This document shows positions 53,456 through 64,000 of a stretch of 64,000 bases of DNA, piece after piece. The notes under the pieces are model-generated. The model had not been told where the DNA came from. It made no database searches and was given only the letters and a program-made list of their open reading frames with translations. Within the stretch, counting starts at the first letter, position 1. Each line of letters begins with the position of its first letter. The stretch covers positions 33,358,001 to 33,422,000 of the forward strand of contig NC_087245.1 of assembly GCF_037042905.1 (NCBI RefSeq). Direction: 5' to 3'. Position numbers and translations under genes: made by a program. The DNA comes from Lytechinus pictus. Its lineage: Eukaryota.

Positions 53456-53881
53456 TCTATACCAAGTCGCTCTATTATGATTACTAAGTATTTTTTTTTT
53501 AGCTCGAGGTGCCTTCCAGAACTTGGTGTAATCGAAAAATGAATTACCCATTCACCTCACCTGGGATGAGGGCGGTAAAATTCTTGTCATGCATTCAATT
53601 AAGTTTTGTGTATATTTGTTTTATATGCATGTATTTATGTTTTAAAGGACCCCATGGAAGAACAGTGGTATTTTATTAATACCGCTGAAATGGGCCATCC
53701 TCCATAATATGTACGTTATGTTAAATTGAGCATGTATATATTGTATTTTTTATATGGATATAAATACAAACAAACAAACAAACAAACAAAGTTTTGATAA
53801 CTTTATTGCTGAAGGAAAACACGGCGCGCCATGGCTGGGATTCGAATCCTCTGTTCAAACTATACCAGATCACGACGCCCC
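53456..53881 (-). mobile_element. tRNA-derived SINE interrupted by a LINE 3'-tail fragment (~53580-53790, + strand)
   Basis: Minus head GGGCGTCGTGATCTGGT...GATTCGAATCCCAGCCATGG; insert has a stem-loop and a (CAAA)n tail. Confidence 0.6.
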
Positions 53882-53911
53882 AAACAAAGTAAAGCAGGAA
53901 AAATCAACCAG

Positions 53912-54043
53912 GGGCCCGTAGCACAAAGCTTAGCAACAATCGTAGAACAATTATTTTCGACGATTGATTCCATAGACTAGAATGTACAATCAATCGTGAA
54001 AATTAAGCATACGATTAATCGCTAACCTTTGTGTGACGGGACC
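53912..54043. mobile_element. Harbinger-type MITE, family A
   Basis: Same TIRs and body; CAG/CAG TSD. Confidence 0.8.
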
Positions 54044-54060
54044 CAGAATATACTATAAAT

Positions 54061-54881
54061 GAAGAGCTCACTTGCAAAAGGGGTTAGGTCCATTTTTCAT
54101 CAAATTTGATTTTTTGGTCTCAATTTATAGATTTTTAGTAGCTCTATAAGATGATACCAAAGAAAATTTGAAATTCCTAATTAAAAGTAATCAAAAATGG
54201 CAAAGAAAAATCACTTTTTTCAAAAGGGGTTAGGTCCATTTCAGTTTAGTTACAAAAGGGATTAGGTCCACACCGAATTTTTTGGAAAAGAATATTTTAA
54301 AAAATATGAAGAAAGGTAGATTTCTTTTTATACCCAATTTTATGTTGTCATGGTAGGGAATCTTGAAAATTTAGTTTCGCATAAGAATATGCAATATAGC
54401 AGAATAAAAAAAAAATGATTTTCTTGGAGTGGACCTAAGCCCTTTTGCAAACAAACTCTTCTGAATAGCTCATTTGTCAAAAGGGGTTAGGTCCATTGTC
54501 CATAAATTTTATTGTTTTCTGTCTCAAAACCTCAAAATTTTTAGTCGCTTTGATGAAAACAAAGAAAATTTGAAATTTACATGAAAACGTGAAAAGAAGT
54601 GGAAAAGAAAAATCACGTTTTTTAACCAAAATAGATTGGATTCATTTAAGTTTACTTGCAAAAGGGCTTAGGTCCACAATGATAATTTTTAAAAGAATCT
54701 ATAGAAAAAAATTGAAGACAGGTAGATTTCTTTTATACCCAATGTTATGTTCACATGAGAGGGTAGTACGTCATGACAATTAAGTTTCTCATAAGAATAT
54801 TGCAGTAAGTGAGAATAAAAAACTTAGTTTTTCTTAGAATGGTCCAAAGTGGACCTAAGCCCTTTTGCAACTAAACTCTTC
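54061..54881. mobile_element. Head-to-tail dimer of a ~400-bp MITE with 4-bp TSD (Sola1-like)
   Basis: Units 54061-54461 and 54463-54881; TIR GAAGAG..TTGCAAAAGGG.TTAGGTCCA; AAAT on both outer flanks. Confidence 0.75.
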
Positions 54882-54946
54882 AAATATACATTTTCAAATA
54901 ATAAATAGTAATGTGACAGTAAATGAGATTGCCTTTTTTCAATCAG

Positions 54947-55087
54947 GATGGTTGAACATCCCTCTCCTACGAAGATTCTCGGTCCGGCAGCTCGTTATGT
55001 TTGGAGGGACGGTGTCAACCCTTGGACTCGTAACATCTTCGTGGGCTCAAACAGCCATCCAGTTTTCAGCTGCAATGTCAGCATATG
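54947..55087 (+). CDS. SLC16/MCT-like exon (TM3-4)
   Basis: GWLNIPLLRRFSVRQLVMFGG (MFS motif A-like); CAG|...G|GTAAG, phase 1-1. Confidence 0.88.
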
Positions 55088-55211
55088 GTAAGATTATGAA
55101 GTTCATACATTCGCAAAAAGCGTTTTTCTTGTAGGCCTACGTCGATATTGATCATCTGACGCGTAGTATTAGTAGTAATTGATTTAAATTCTGAAAAATA
55201 TAGAGAAAACC

Positions 55212-55890
55212 TTTTTGTCTCGCCTGAACGAAGTTCGGTAGAGACCTAGAAATCACTTTTCCTGTTGGTCCGTGAGTCTGTTCCAAAATATTAAAGTTTT
55301 TTTTCAACTTGCTCCCATTTCTGTATTTCTGCATCAATTAAGTTCATACTTGGTACATATGATCATTGAGTATTAACGCATGTAAGGGTGATGGGGTCAA
55401 AGGTCATCTAGGGGTCGAAAGGTCAAATGATATGAGGTCATGTCTGTTCCAAAAACGTTTTGGAACATACAAGACCTTGGTATATATGATCCTAGGGTAA
55501 TACCACATGTGTGTCCATGAGGGTGATGGGGTCAAAGGTCATCTAGGGGTCAAAAATGTCAAATGATGTGAGGTCATGTTTGTTCCAAAAATGTTAAAGT
55601 TTTTGTTCAACCTGCTCTCATTTCTTTATTTCTGTATCAATTATGACACTTTGTACGTATGATCCTAGGCTAATACCACATGTATGTCCATGAGGGTGAT
55701 GGGGTCAAAAGTAATTTAGGAGTCAAAAGGTCAAGTTTTTGTTCATCTTGCTCTCATTTCTTTATTTCTGCATCAATTATGTTGACATTTGGTACATATG
55801 ATCCTTGGGTATGATAAAATGATAAGGTCATATTGCATATTTTATCGATCGAGATATCAGGCGAGACTCGTGGTTCATGAACCACCTTGT
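55212..55890 (-). mobile_element. HINE-like element with GGTCAAAGGTCA tandem units
   Basis: Subterminal IR GTCTCGCCTG / CAGGCGAGAC, terminal hairpin, ends CTTGT. Confidence 0.7.
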
Positions 55891-56131
55891 AAAAAATAGG
55901 AGAAACATGCACAAATTCGCCAAATGAAGTTTGAAAAAAATTCAAGGTGTCATCAAGGGGGTGGGGTGGAATTGATAAAGAATAAACAAAATTATGGAAA
56001 TTTGTTCATTGCAATAAATTAGACACGCAGCATAGGCCTTCAGAATGTAACAGTTTTATTTATAGTAATGTGAGATAACCTTTGAACGATTTGTTTGAAA
56101 GATAATAGGACTACGTTCTCCATGTGATAGT

Positions 56132-56471
56132 CATCAGAGAGTAGAAAAGCAAGATGATCCTAGAGACTTGAGTTGAAGGCTGGCTTGAGTTTGAGAGTTG
56201 AGAGAGGCTTGAGTAGATGAGAGAAAGCTGGCTTGAGTCGGCGAGTTTAGTTGTGGAGCGGGAGCAGATGAGGAGACGTTTCGGGCAGGTTGACTCTCGG
56301 TCTTGGGAAGCCAGCCTTCTATTCAAGTCTCTATATTCTTGCCTACTTCTGCATCTTTTCTTCTCTTTCTGGTTGAAAGGACTACACTCATTTCCGAAAG
56401 ATAAGACCTACTCTGTTTTCTAAACGCCCACTTTCTCGCCTTTCTATGTCTCGTAAACCCTTTCCGTCACG
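56132..56471 (-). mobile_element. Possible LTR remnant
   Basis: TGTGA...TCACG termini with adjacent TGG (PBS-like) on the minus strand; no clean TSD. Confidence 0.3.
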
Positions 56472-56536
56472 TAAGAAACGTTAGTTCTTACCTTCTTACC
56501 TAGTTTTATTTTTCTTGTTCTCAATTTCTTGAACAG

Positions 56537-57505
56537 GGATCGGCAACATATTGATTTTGGTTCCAACAAACACTTGCCCAAAGGATTACTTCCCTAAGCT
56601 GGTAATGATCGCAACCGGTATTCTGTTATCCGGAGGAAGCATGGGTGTTACGGTGATGCCATGGTTCTTTAGAGAACTGCTTGTCGAATATGGTTGGAGG
56701 GGCTCTCTTTTGATACTTGGTGGATTAAACGCACACCTTGTTGTGGTAGCATCCTTGCAGGAACCAATGAAAAGGATGGATTCTTCCCAGGACTCGGACA
56801 AGAAAAGCCCATCCTCATCACGTGCTGGTGAAAATGAAAACGAATTATCAAGTTCGGATGATTTATCAAGATCCCATAAATATTTACATACAGTTACAAA
56901 TACTGCGGCATCTGAACCTTCTAAAGGTCAGCTAAGCTTTAATGATGATGATGGTGGACAAACGGATGGCCAGACTGTCAAGACTCGGAGCATTATTTCC
57001 AAAGGGTTCAAAACTACGACAAGATTCATTGGTTTAACAATCTTCAAAGATCACCCTCTCATGGCCTTGCTTTGCCTGCAAGCTTTCGTTTTTGGCCTCT
57101 CTTACATCGGTTGGCTGCTATACATTGTGCCCAATGCCCTCGCTAAAGGCCATTCTAGTCAGAAAGCAGTCCAAATATCGATCGTAGGAGGCGCTTTTAA
57201 CTTCATAGGTCGTTTGGGGATCGGCTTCTTCTGGTCCCGAAAATACATTAAGTTTAAACTCTGGTACTCTCTGATATGCCTCCTGTCGGCGGCTCTCTTC
57301 TGGATCAACTTTGTCGCGCAACGTTTCGAGATTCTGATGGTCTTATCTGCGTTCTATGGTGTATTAATGGGTGCCCTCGTGACATCTCAATTTCAGTTAG
57401 TGATGAATGTCGTTGGTGAAGATTCCCCTGATGATTATAAGACTGGAATGTCAATATTCTTCATAGGACGTGGCCTAAGTAGTCCGATTGCAGGAGCAAT
57501 ATTTG
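56537..57505 (+). CDS. SLC16/MCT-like large exon (TM4-11 and cytoplasmic loop)
   Basis: DYFPK..IATGILLSGGSMG, YGWRGSLLILGG, FIGRLGIG; CAG acceptor at 56536; G|GTAAGT donor. Confidence 0.93.
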
Positions 57506-58071
57506 GTAAGTTTCTTAATCCGAGGAGGCGGGACGTCATGCCTTCACAATTGAAGTGGAAGAGTAGATATCGTCCACAGTCGACAGAGGTGTCGGTAGAG
57601 ATGACGGTTTGGATGGGTAAACCATCGTATGCTATTAATGCATGGCAAAACGTTTTGACACCACTGTTGCTTTATGAAACAACGGGTGCATAGATCCGTC
57701 TTTGTATTTCATTGCCTAGTCCGATATTCACTGTCTCTGTCATTTTATTTCCCCTCTTTCATTCATAATCACAGACTCGACCTTTGCAGTATTGCATCGT
57801 CTGTTGTAATTGGCGAAGCCATACAACTTTCCCAATGATTGAATATAGTTTCAAAATTATGTTGATGGAACTTCGGTCGTTAAAATAAAGTGATACCTCT
57901 TTGAAGTACGCCTTGTTAATGTTGTCAAAGCGTATTGATAAGATTAGAAAGACCATTGTGAAAAAAAGCAAAGTTGTTGAAAATCCAGTATTATCTAAAG
58001 ACATAAAATCGGTAAGCAGCTATTATATGAATATTTGTATAATTGGAATCTTGTGTTCTTATTTCTTACAG

Positions 58072-58220
58072 GTCGTCTGTATGACATTACTAAATCATAC
58101 GATATATCGTTTGTTTTTATATCGGGATTGAACGTCCTCAACGCGTTCCTGTGTATAGCTCCATTATGTTGGTCTCGATGGCGACAACGGAAAAGATTGC
58201 GAATTGATGTAATTGAATAG
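58072..58220 (+). CDS. SLC16/MCT-like last coding exon (TM12)
   Basis: GRLYDITKSYDISF motif typical of MCTs; TTACAG acceptor, phase 1; TAG stop. Confidence 0.9.
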
Positions 58221-58679
58221 TAAGATAATATTGATAATCGATGGAGACATGAAATCAGCTGGGCCGACTATCTTATCTGCTAGAAATTGACGTGTCTAAG
58301 ATTACAAGCATTCAGTTATGCTAACATCCGTACGCAACTGTTCTTCCATTTCACATCATCATGGAATATTACGGTATATATACAGTTTTCGACTATATAT
58401 AGTTATTTGTTCTTTGCAGAGTTAATCCGATATTATGATTATTTTGTATACACAATACAAATGAATGCATGAAGGCCACTCTTAACAAGGTCTCTAAAGA
58501 CATTCATTGTGTTGAATGTTTTTTGTCCAATCAAAATAATAAGTATCAAATAATTCGAACGACCTTTAGACAGCACAATGCATATCTTTATATTTTATTT
58601 GAATGGTGAATAACTACTCATTCGAAATTATTACCAAATGTTTATGTGATGTAGTTTACGACGAAATACATGTATGTTA

Positions 58680-59400
58680 GATTTAGATTAAAAAATGATA
58701 TAATCGAAGTAACAGTGCAAATACATGTTCAAAATAATACATACAGTTCAATGACATTTCATAACAAATATTAAAGTTGAATTAACTGACTTGCCAAGAA
58801 AAGCAGAGCTTGTAAAAAAGGCAAGTCCCTGAACTTAGTTCCAATACTAATTAACATAACCTATGTACAAGAGACGGACGGAAAACGAACTTAAAATACG
58901 TAATCTACAAAATACCAAAATAGAGCGAATAAGCGACAACAAAACATGAAAATAATTATTTTACTGATAACGATAATAATGATAAATTTTAGGGAGAAAT
59001 TATAAGAGGGGAAACTGAAAATGAAAAGAGGAACATGGCAAGTACACAGGTTATTAACACTGTAGTTACATTATTTAGAATATACAATATTTGACAAATG
59101 TAGTTACAGTTATATGTTAGCTAGATTTGTTGGTGTGGAGTATTGACAAATTAGCATCTTTTAAAGTTTGCGCTTGAAAATATTAATGTTACTAATATCA
59201 TTGATCATATTTTATATTCAGGTTGAATAGTGCCATTATGAAATCCATTATACAATGTATTGTAGCTCACAAGTATGTTAATTTCAATGTATAAAAGATG
59301 AATAATATGCAATTGAAATGACAATGTCGTCTTCATAATGGTACCATAGTATCATATACATTACATTTATGTGGTATTCCATGTTTACATTGATAATTTT
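58680..59400 (-). mobile_element. Degraded LINE 3' remnant
   Basis: Stem-loop GACTTGCC...GGCAAGTC similar in layout to the 3' UTR at ~18070; degenerate FKRKL-type ORF2 end. Confidence 0.4.
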
Positions 59401-60981
59401 TTTAGGTTAAATACAAGCCATGTAGGCAGCTACCGATACATTTTTACAGAATAGTATGAAGTGCTTGTTCCTTTATTGTTGCAGGTGCATGATATCTTTA
59501 TTGGAGTGGCCGCACAAAAAAATCATCACATCAAATTTTGTTTAAATATTATGTTCCTGAAATGTAATACAGATCTCAATAAACGTAAATGATATACGCA
59601 TTATGCATGTGTTCTGTCTCCTTGCAAGTCTCTGGTTACAGTAGGCCTAAACTACACATCTACATACATCACATTTTCTCCAGCATCCGAAATTCAATTA
59701 GAATGAAGATATCTTTGAACTAAACAAAAAGAATTTTGCTTTAATTCGAAGAAGAAAATCGGGTAAATGTAGTTTGTATTAAGACTCACAACACAGTTGT
59801 GAAATATTAAAAAGAATTTAGCATCAAGATTCTTTCCTTATTTTTCAATTTGCCTTCTCAAATGGACAATAAAATGATATATAATTATGACACTATAACA
59901 TTAAGTGAAAGAAAAGTTACATATCACTTGATATTTGTAATATAAACATCAAACAATTATTGAAATTAGATTTTCGACGTTTTATTCGTTTACATTACGA
60001 AAGGAAACAGATGACCTGATAAGGCTTTCACAAAATGGCTGCCTATTTCTATTTAAAGATTCGCAATACAGGTCTTATACTACTGAAATAAAGTTCTTCC
60101 AAGAAGAACTTGGATAACATTAGCGACGAGAAAAAGAAATATAAAGTTACCATAGGCGTCTTCCCGACGTTTTCCTCTCATATTGCCGAAATTTCGACAG
60201 AACACAGTATCGCCTAGCTATGACCTATTTTTTTTTCAACATTTAAGACAGTAACATCGTTTATTAACTCTTCATTCGATGTTGATATTTAGATAACCCT
60301 TTTACATGTTACTCCACAATGATGATGATGATGATCCATTTTTACTGTTATATAACCTTAACATTGTGTTGAAATTAAGTCGATAATATTACTGCTGACA
60401 TGTAATTGATTTGCATAGTTTATCTCGTTTGTAAACTTCATTCCTTTTGTAAACATTCATGGACCAAATGAATGTCAAAATTCCCATCTTGAGATGTTTT
60501 TTTTTCAATGTATTCATTCATTAATTTGATTTGAAAAATTGTCTTTAAAAAGACATAATCTCGCCAAAAATACAACCCCTTTCATCAATACCTTATGACC
60601 CGATGAGCCCTTTTATCCGGCAGTACCATTATATACAGTACTTCCAGCCAATTAATATTGGCTGAAAGATTAACGTTAAATAACAGCAACGTTAACAAGT
60701 TGTCAGACATTTCTGACAACTTTTAAGATTACAAATGTTGATGAAATGCTCCTCAGAATATATTTAATAGTAAGTTGCATGTGCCAGCTACGTGCACCTT
60801 TCAGTTATAGTGAAAATATTCCGTCTCGAAAGTCACTTTTTACAGCATTTTCATTTCTGTTTCTATTAATAACCCATCATAACCACCCATGACCATATTC
60901 GGTCACACATGTATCGAGTAGGTTATCACGATGGTTGAATGTGGTCCAGTTTGCATGAGGCTATTATAATCAATACAATGT

Positions 60982-61458
60982 TCACGAGTGTGGGTTGAGA
61001 TAACCATCTTCATCAAAGACCATGAACAGACCTGTCGATTTCATCTTACTTGGTAACACGTTACTTTGCACCCGCGCACTCGATCGAGCGTTTGGAAGAA
61101 CATAACCTAATTCATCCTGGTCCACGGATTCCGCATTGCCCCTATCATCCGCAAGCGCTACACTTCCTTGAAGATTATCTGAAAGAACAGTATCGGTGGC
61201 GCTCTCGTAGTCACATTCAACATCGCGTATTGATCCGGGCTCTGGAGCGTTTTCGTACTGCCCACCGAGTTTGTTCTCTGGAATGCTTTCGTAAAATACC
61301 CCAGTGTTTTGTACATTTGTAGTTTCTTCATAATCCTCAGCTCCTGGCTGAGGTCCCGGAAGTGGTCTGGATAGAGTGGATTTTAGTGACATCCCTTGGT
61401 TCAGTCTGTCAACCTTATGGGACGGCGATCGAGACATGTCGAGGTAAGTGTGTGTCAC
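60982..61458 (-). CDS. Last coding exon of a single-pass membrane protein: tyrosine-rich cytoplasmic tail
   Basis: TTGTAG acceptor, phase 0; 158 codons to TGA; motifs YLDM, YEET, YESI, YENA, YESA, YVLP, YLNP. Confidence 0.8.
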   Translation of the reverse strand: MTHTYLDMSRSPSHKVDRLNQGMSLKSTLSRPLPGPQPGAEDYEETTNVQNTGVFYESIPENKLGGQYENAPEPGSIRDVECDYESATDTVLSDNLQGSVALADDRGNAESVDQDELGYVLPNARSSARVQSNVLPSKMKSTGLFMVFDEDGYLNPHS

Positions 61459-62634
61459 CTACAAGAAAATGGAAAAATAAAAGTAAAACAAATCTTGTGA
61501 CAACCTTTAGAATGATACACTTTGACCAAAATACGATCCATTCAGTCATAGTCTCATCAGATAAAACAACAGAAAAAAATTGCAAGTAAAACGAATGGGA
61601 TTTCCTTAACCAACCGTTGCTAGGCTCATTTTGATAATAAACCCTTTAGGTTGGTCGAAATATTTCTGAGAGCGCATTTGAATCAATAAACAGTCCCTTT
61701 TATCAACATTTTTATTTTTGATAAACCAAAAGTAGGATCTCTTGATAAATCAATTTCTATTATGCTTGTAATTGCTTACTTGAAGAGAGAAAATACTGTC
61801 CATATATAGCCTATATGGAATGTCCAAAATTCATCTTATTTTCTGCGAGGACATGCATACGGTTTTGGCAAAAATGGTCCGTAAAGAAAATTTCGCTGCA
61901 GGGCGAACCTGCCCCACCCTGGGGCAAGTTCACCGGTTAGGCGAGGCGAGTTCGCCCACAGGGAAAAACAGTTATATATGAAACAAATTGATGTGTTAAA
62001 AGACACCACACATTTTTTTTCATATTGAAACAACAACGAATTAGTTCGATAATCTATGAATAGTTATAATTATCTAGCACATATACCGATGTATTTGCAT
62101 GTCATGTCATGTTTATATGGATATTTATGTAGGTCTATGGGCGTAAGTGGGGAGGACCTGTCCAGTCACAAAAGGAGCGAACTAGCCCCCCCCCGGCAGC
62201 CATTTTCTTTTCTATTGTTTTTCGAAAAATGTACAAATGTACAACCTATTTTGAAGTATCAAAGGCATATTTCAGTTAGCAAATGTCACACCATTTTAAC
62301 AAATAAATATAACTGCATTCATGAGTGTCTATTAAAAAAAAAGAAATTTGATTTTTTGTTACAAAATGGCCTCGAAATGGACGAGTCGCCGTAATTTTTG
62401 GGAATTCCGAGCAGATGACCTCTCGCCAAGGTATGTTGCTACCTTGGGCAGGTTAACATTACATCAACATCAACAAAACCTATACATCCAGTCACAGCAA
62501 AGTGGAAAATCAAGTAGTGGGCGGACTTGCCCGGGGCGGATTAGCCCCGCTCTCCCCTATGGGGTGATTCGAACCCCCAACCCGACGAGCCAAGTGAACA
62601 AACCACGGCACTATGGTATTGTTTTGACACCTAC

Positions 62635-62789
62635 CTGCGTTCCATGAACCTCTTTATTAGACATGTGACCTCGGATCCGATAGACTACCCAGGATATTGC
62701 TATGATAAGAAGAAGAATGGCCAAGCCACCTGTAGTCCCCATGAAAACGAGGGTGGACGTTGTCGGTGGCACGCACTCCTGTGTAGCGA
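62635..62789 (-). CDS. Transmembrane exon of the same protein
   Basis: LVFMGTTGGLAILLLIIAISWVVY followed by RIR stop-transfer; CAG|GTAGGT phase-0 donor. Confidence 0.8.
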
Positions 62790-63172
62790 CTTCATGAGAG
62801 AAATAAAACATTATTAACTTAGGAAGCACTGAACATGCTGACAGCTTTGGAAGAGCTTTGAAAATTATTTGTTTGTGAAGCTTTCCTGTCCCCCCACTTT
62901 TTGTTGGTTTGATGGATGGATTGGTTCCCAAATATTTTATATGTCCTTCAATGAATCTGTTTAGTAATATTGTTATATTGCATTCAGTGTTAAGAGAAAT
63001 CATTACGACCTGCACTCTCTATTATTATGATTATTTGATTTGTTAAGTGAGAAAAATGTCTTGATTTGAATACATCTTCACTAATAATTTTTGGAGAGTT
63101 ATGTCGTCAATATTCAACCCCAAAATGGAAAGAGGACCATTTCTTAAAATAAGAGGCAAATTAATTCTTTAC

Positions 63173-63223
63173 CTTTTGATGTGGATGTCATATCCTTATC
63201 TTCTGATGACGTCAATTCCAAAT
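63173..63223 (-). CDS. 51-nt Ser/Thr-rich stalk exon (LELTSSEDKDMTSTSK)
   Basis: TACAG acceptor; AAG|GTAAAG donor; phase 1-1, in frame with the TM exon. Confidence 0.6.
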
Positions 63224-63609
63224 CTGTATCAAAATGAAAATAAGTGATTCAGAAGAGAAGAAAAGGGACGAAATGCATCTTTTACTCAAGACTTTCTATA
63301 TAAGGCGTGGATGTATAATCTAATAAAAATAATCATTTTTGTTTCGATTCTGCATATATAGGCACTACTATAAATTTACAAAGGTATACGTTTCAGGAAG
63401 AGCAATCTCAGTCTTAGTATTTTGTCCATGGTATGTATAGGACTGGTAAAATATCATCAGCAGAACAGCAACAAGGAAATATACATATTGTAGATATACT
63501 GTCTGATGATCCGTGATCATTCATTTCAATCAATGTCCACAACATACATATCCATGTAAGTATTAGAAAGTGAAAATAATTTTACAAAATAACAGTATAC
63601 GAATCTCAC

Positions 63610-63675
63610 GCAAGCAGACACAGTACTCCTTGGTAGTCGTTATCACTATGTGAAACATTGATTTCACATCCACAT
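63610..63675 (-). CDS. Possible further 66-nt upstream exon
   Basis: CAG acceptor, GTGAGA donor, open in the phase-1 frame. Confidence 0.3.
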
Positions 63676-64000
63676 CTGCTCCACAAAATGCGAAATATTA
63701 TAAGGAATATGATTAATCTGCTTAGAAAGACTGCTTTGATATTCATAACATTCTACCGAGGAAAAAAATAATGAAAATACAAAAAGTATTTTTTTAGAGT
63801 TAATGTATTCATGTTTTGTCTGAGGCACATTTTACCATTTTCCTGCAGGACGATATCTGCCATTATCGTTGCCGTCCATACCGATTACAAAATCAAATAA
63901 TCACTATATATATATATATATATATATATTTAATGATAATAATGATATAAATTTCATAGTCATTATAGACATAAGTGCTGACACAATACGTCAGCGTTTG

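Noticed and set aside
57506..57693. C-terminal part of the 380-aa ORF
   Set aside because: Read-through into the intron after the G|GTAAGT donor; the true TM12 exon is at 58072

Overview
AT-rich, intron-containing, repeat-dense eukaryotic DNA. The repeat spectrum suggests a marine invertebrate, probably an echinoderm (sea-urchin-like); this is inference. Positions 1-46 kb are almost free of exons and look like a very large intron of a minus-strand gene whose first coding exon is at about 46313-46459. The stretch is packed with non-autonomous DNA transposons (Harbinger-type MITEs, TA-flanked CAC... MITEs, 8-bp-TSD poly-G-ended elements, Helentron/HINE-like elements), a frameshifted CR1/L2-group LINE, SINEs and microsatellites. 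51.4-58.2 kb holds four coding exons of an SLC16/MCT-like MFS transporter on the + strand. From 61 kb lie the 3' exons of a minus-strand single-pass membrane protein with a tyrosine-rich tail. The most notable observation is two TSD-flanked copies (13931-14100, 47761-47929) of a ~170-bp SINE. Its head resembles the 5' Alu domain of 7SL (SRP) RNA and is followed by a B box, a Deu/Nin-like core and a (CA)n tail, making it a candidate independently evolved Alu-like SINE. Most short ORFs in the track are not real genes.
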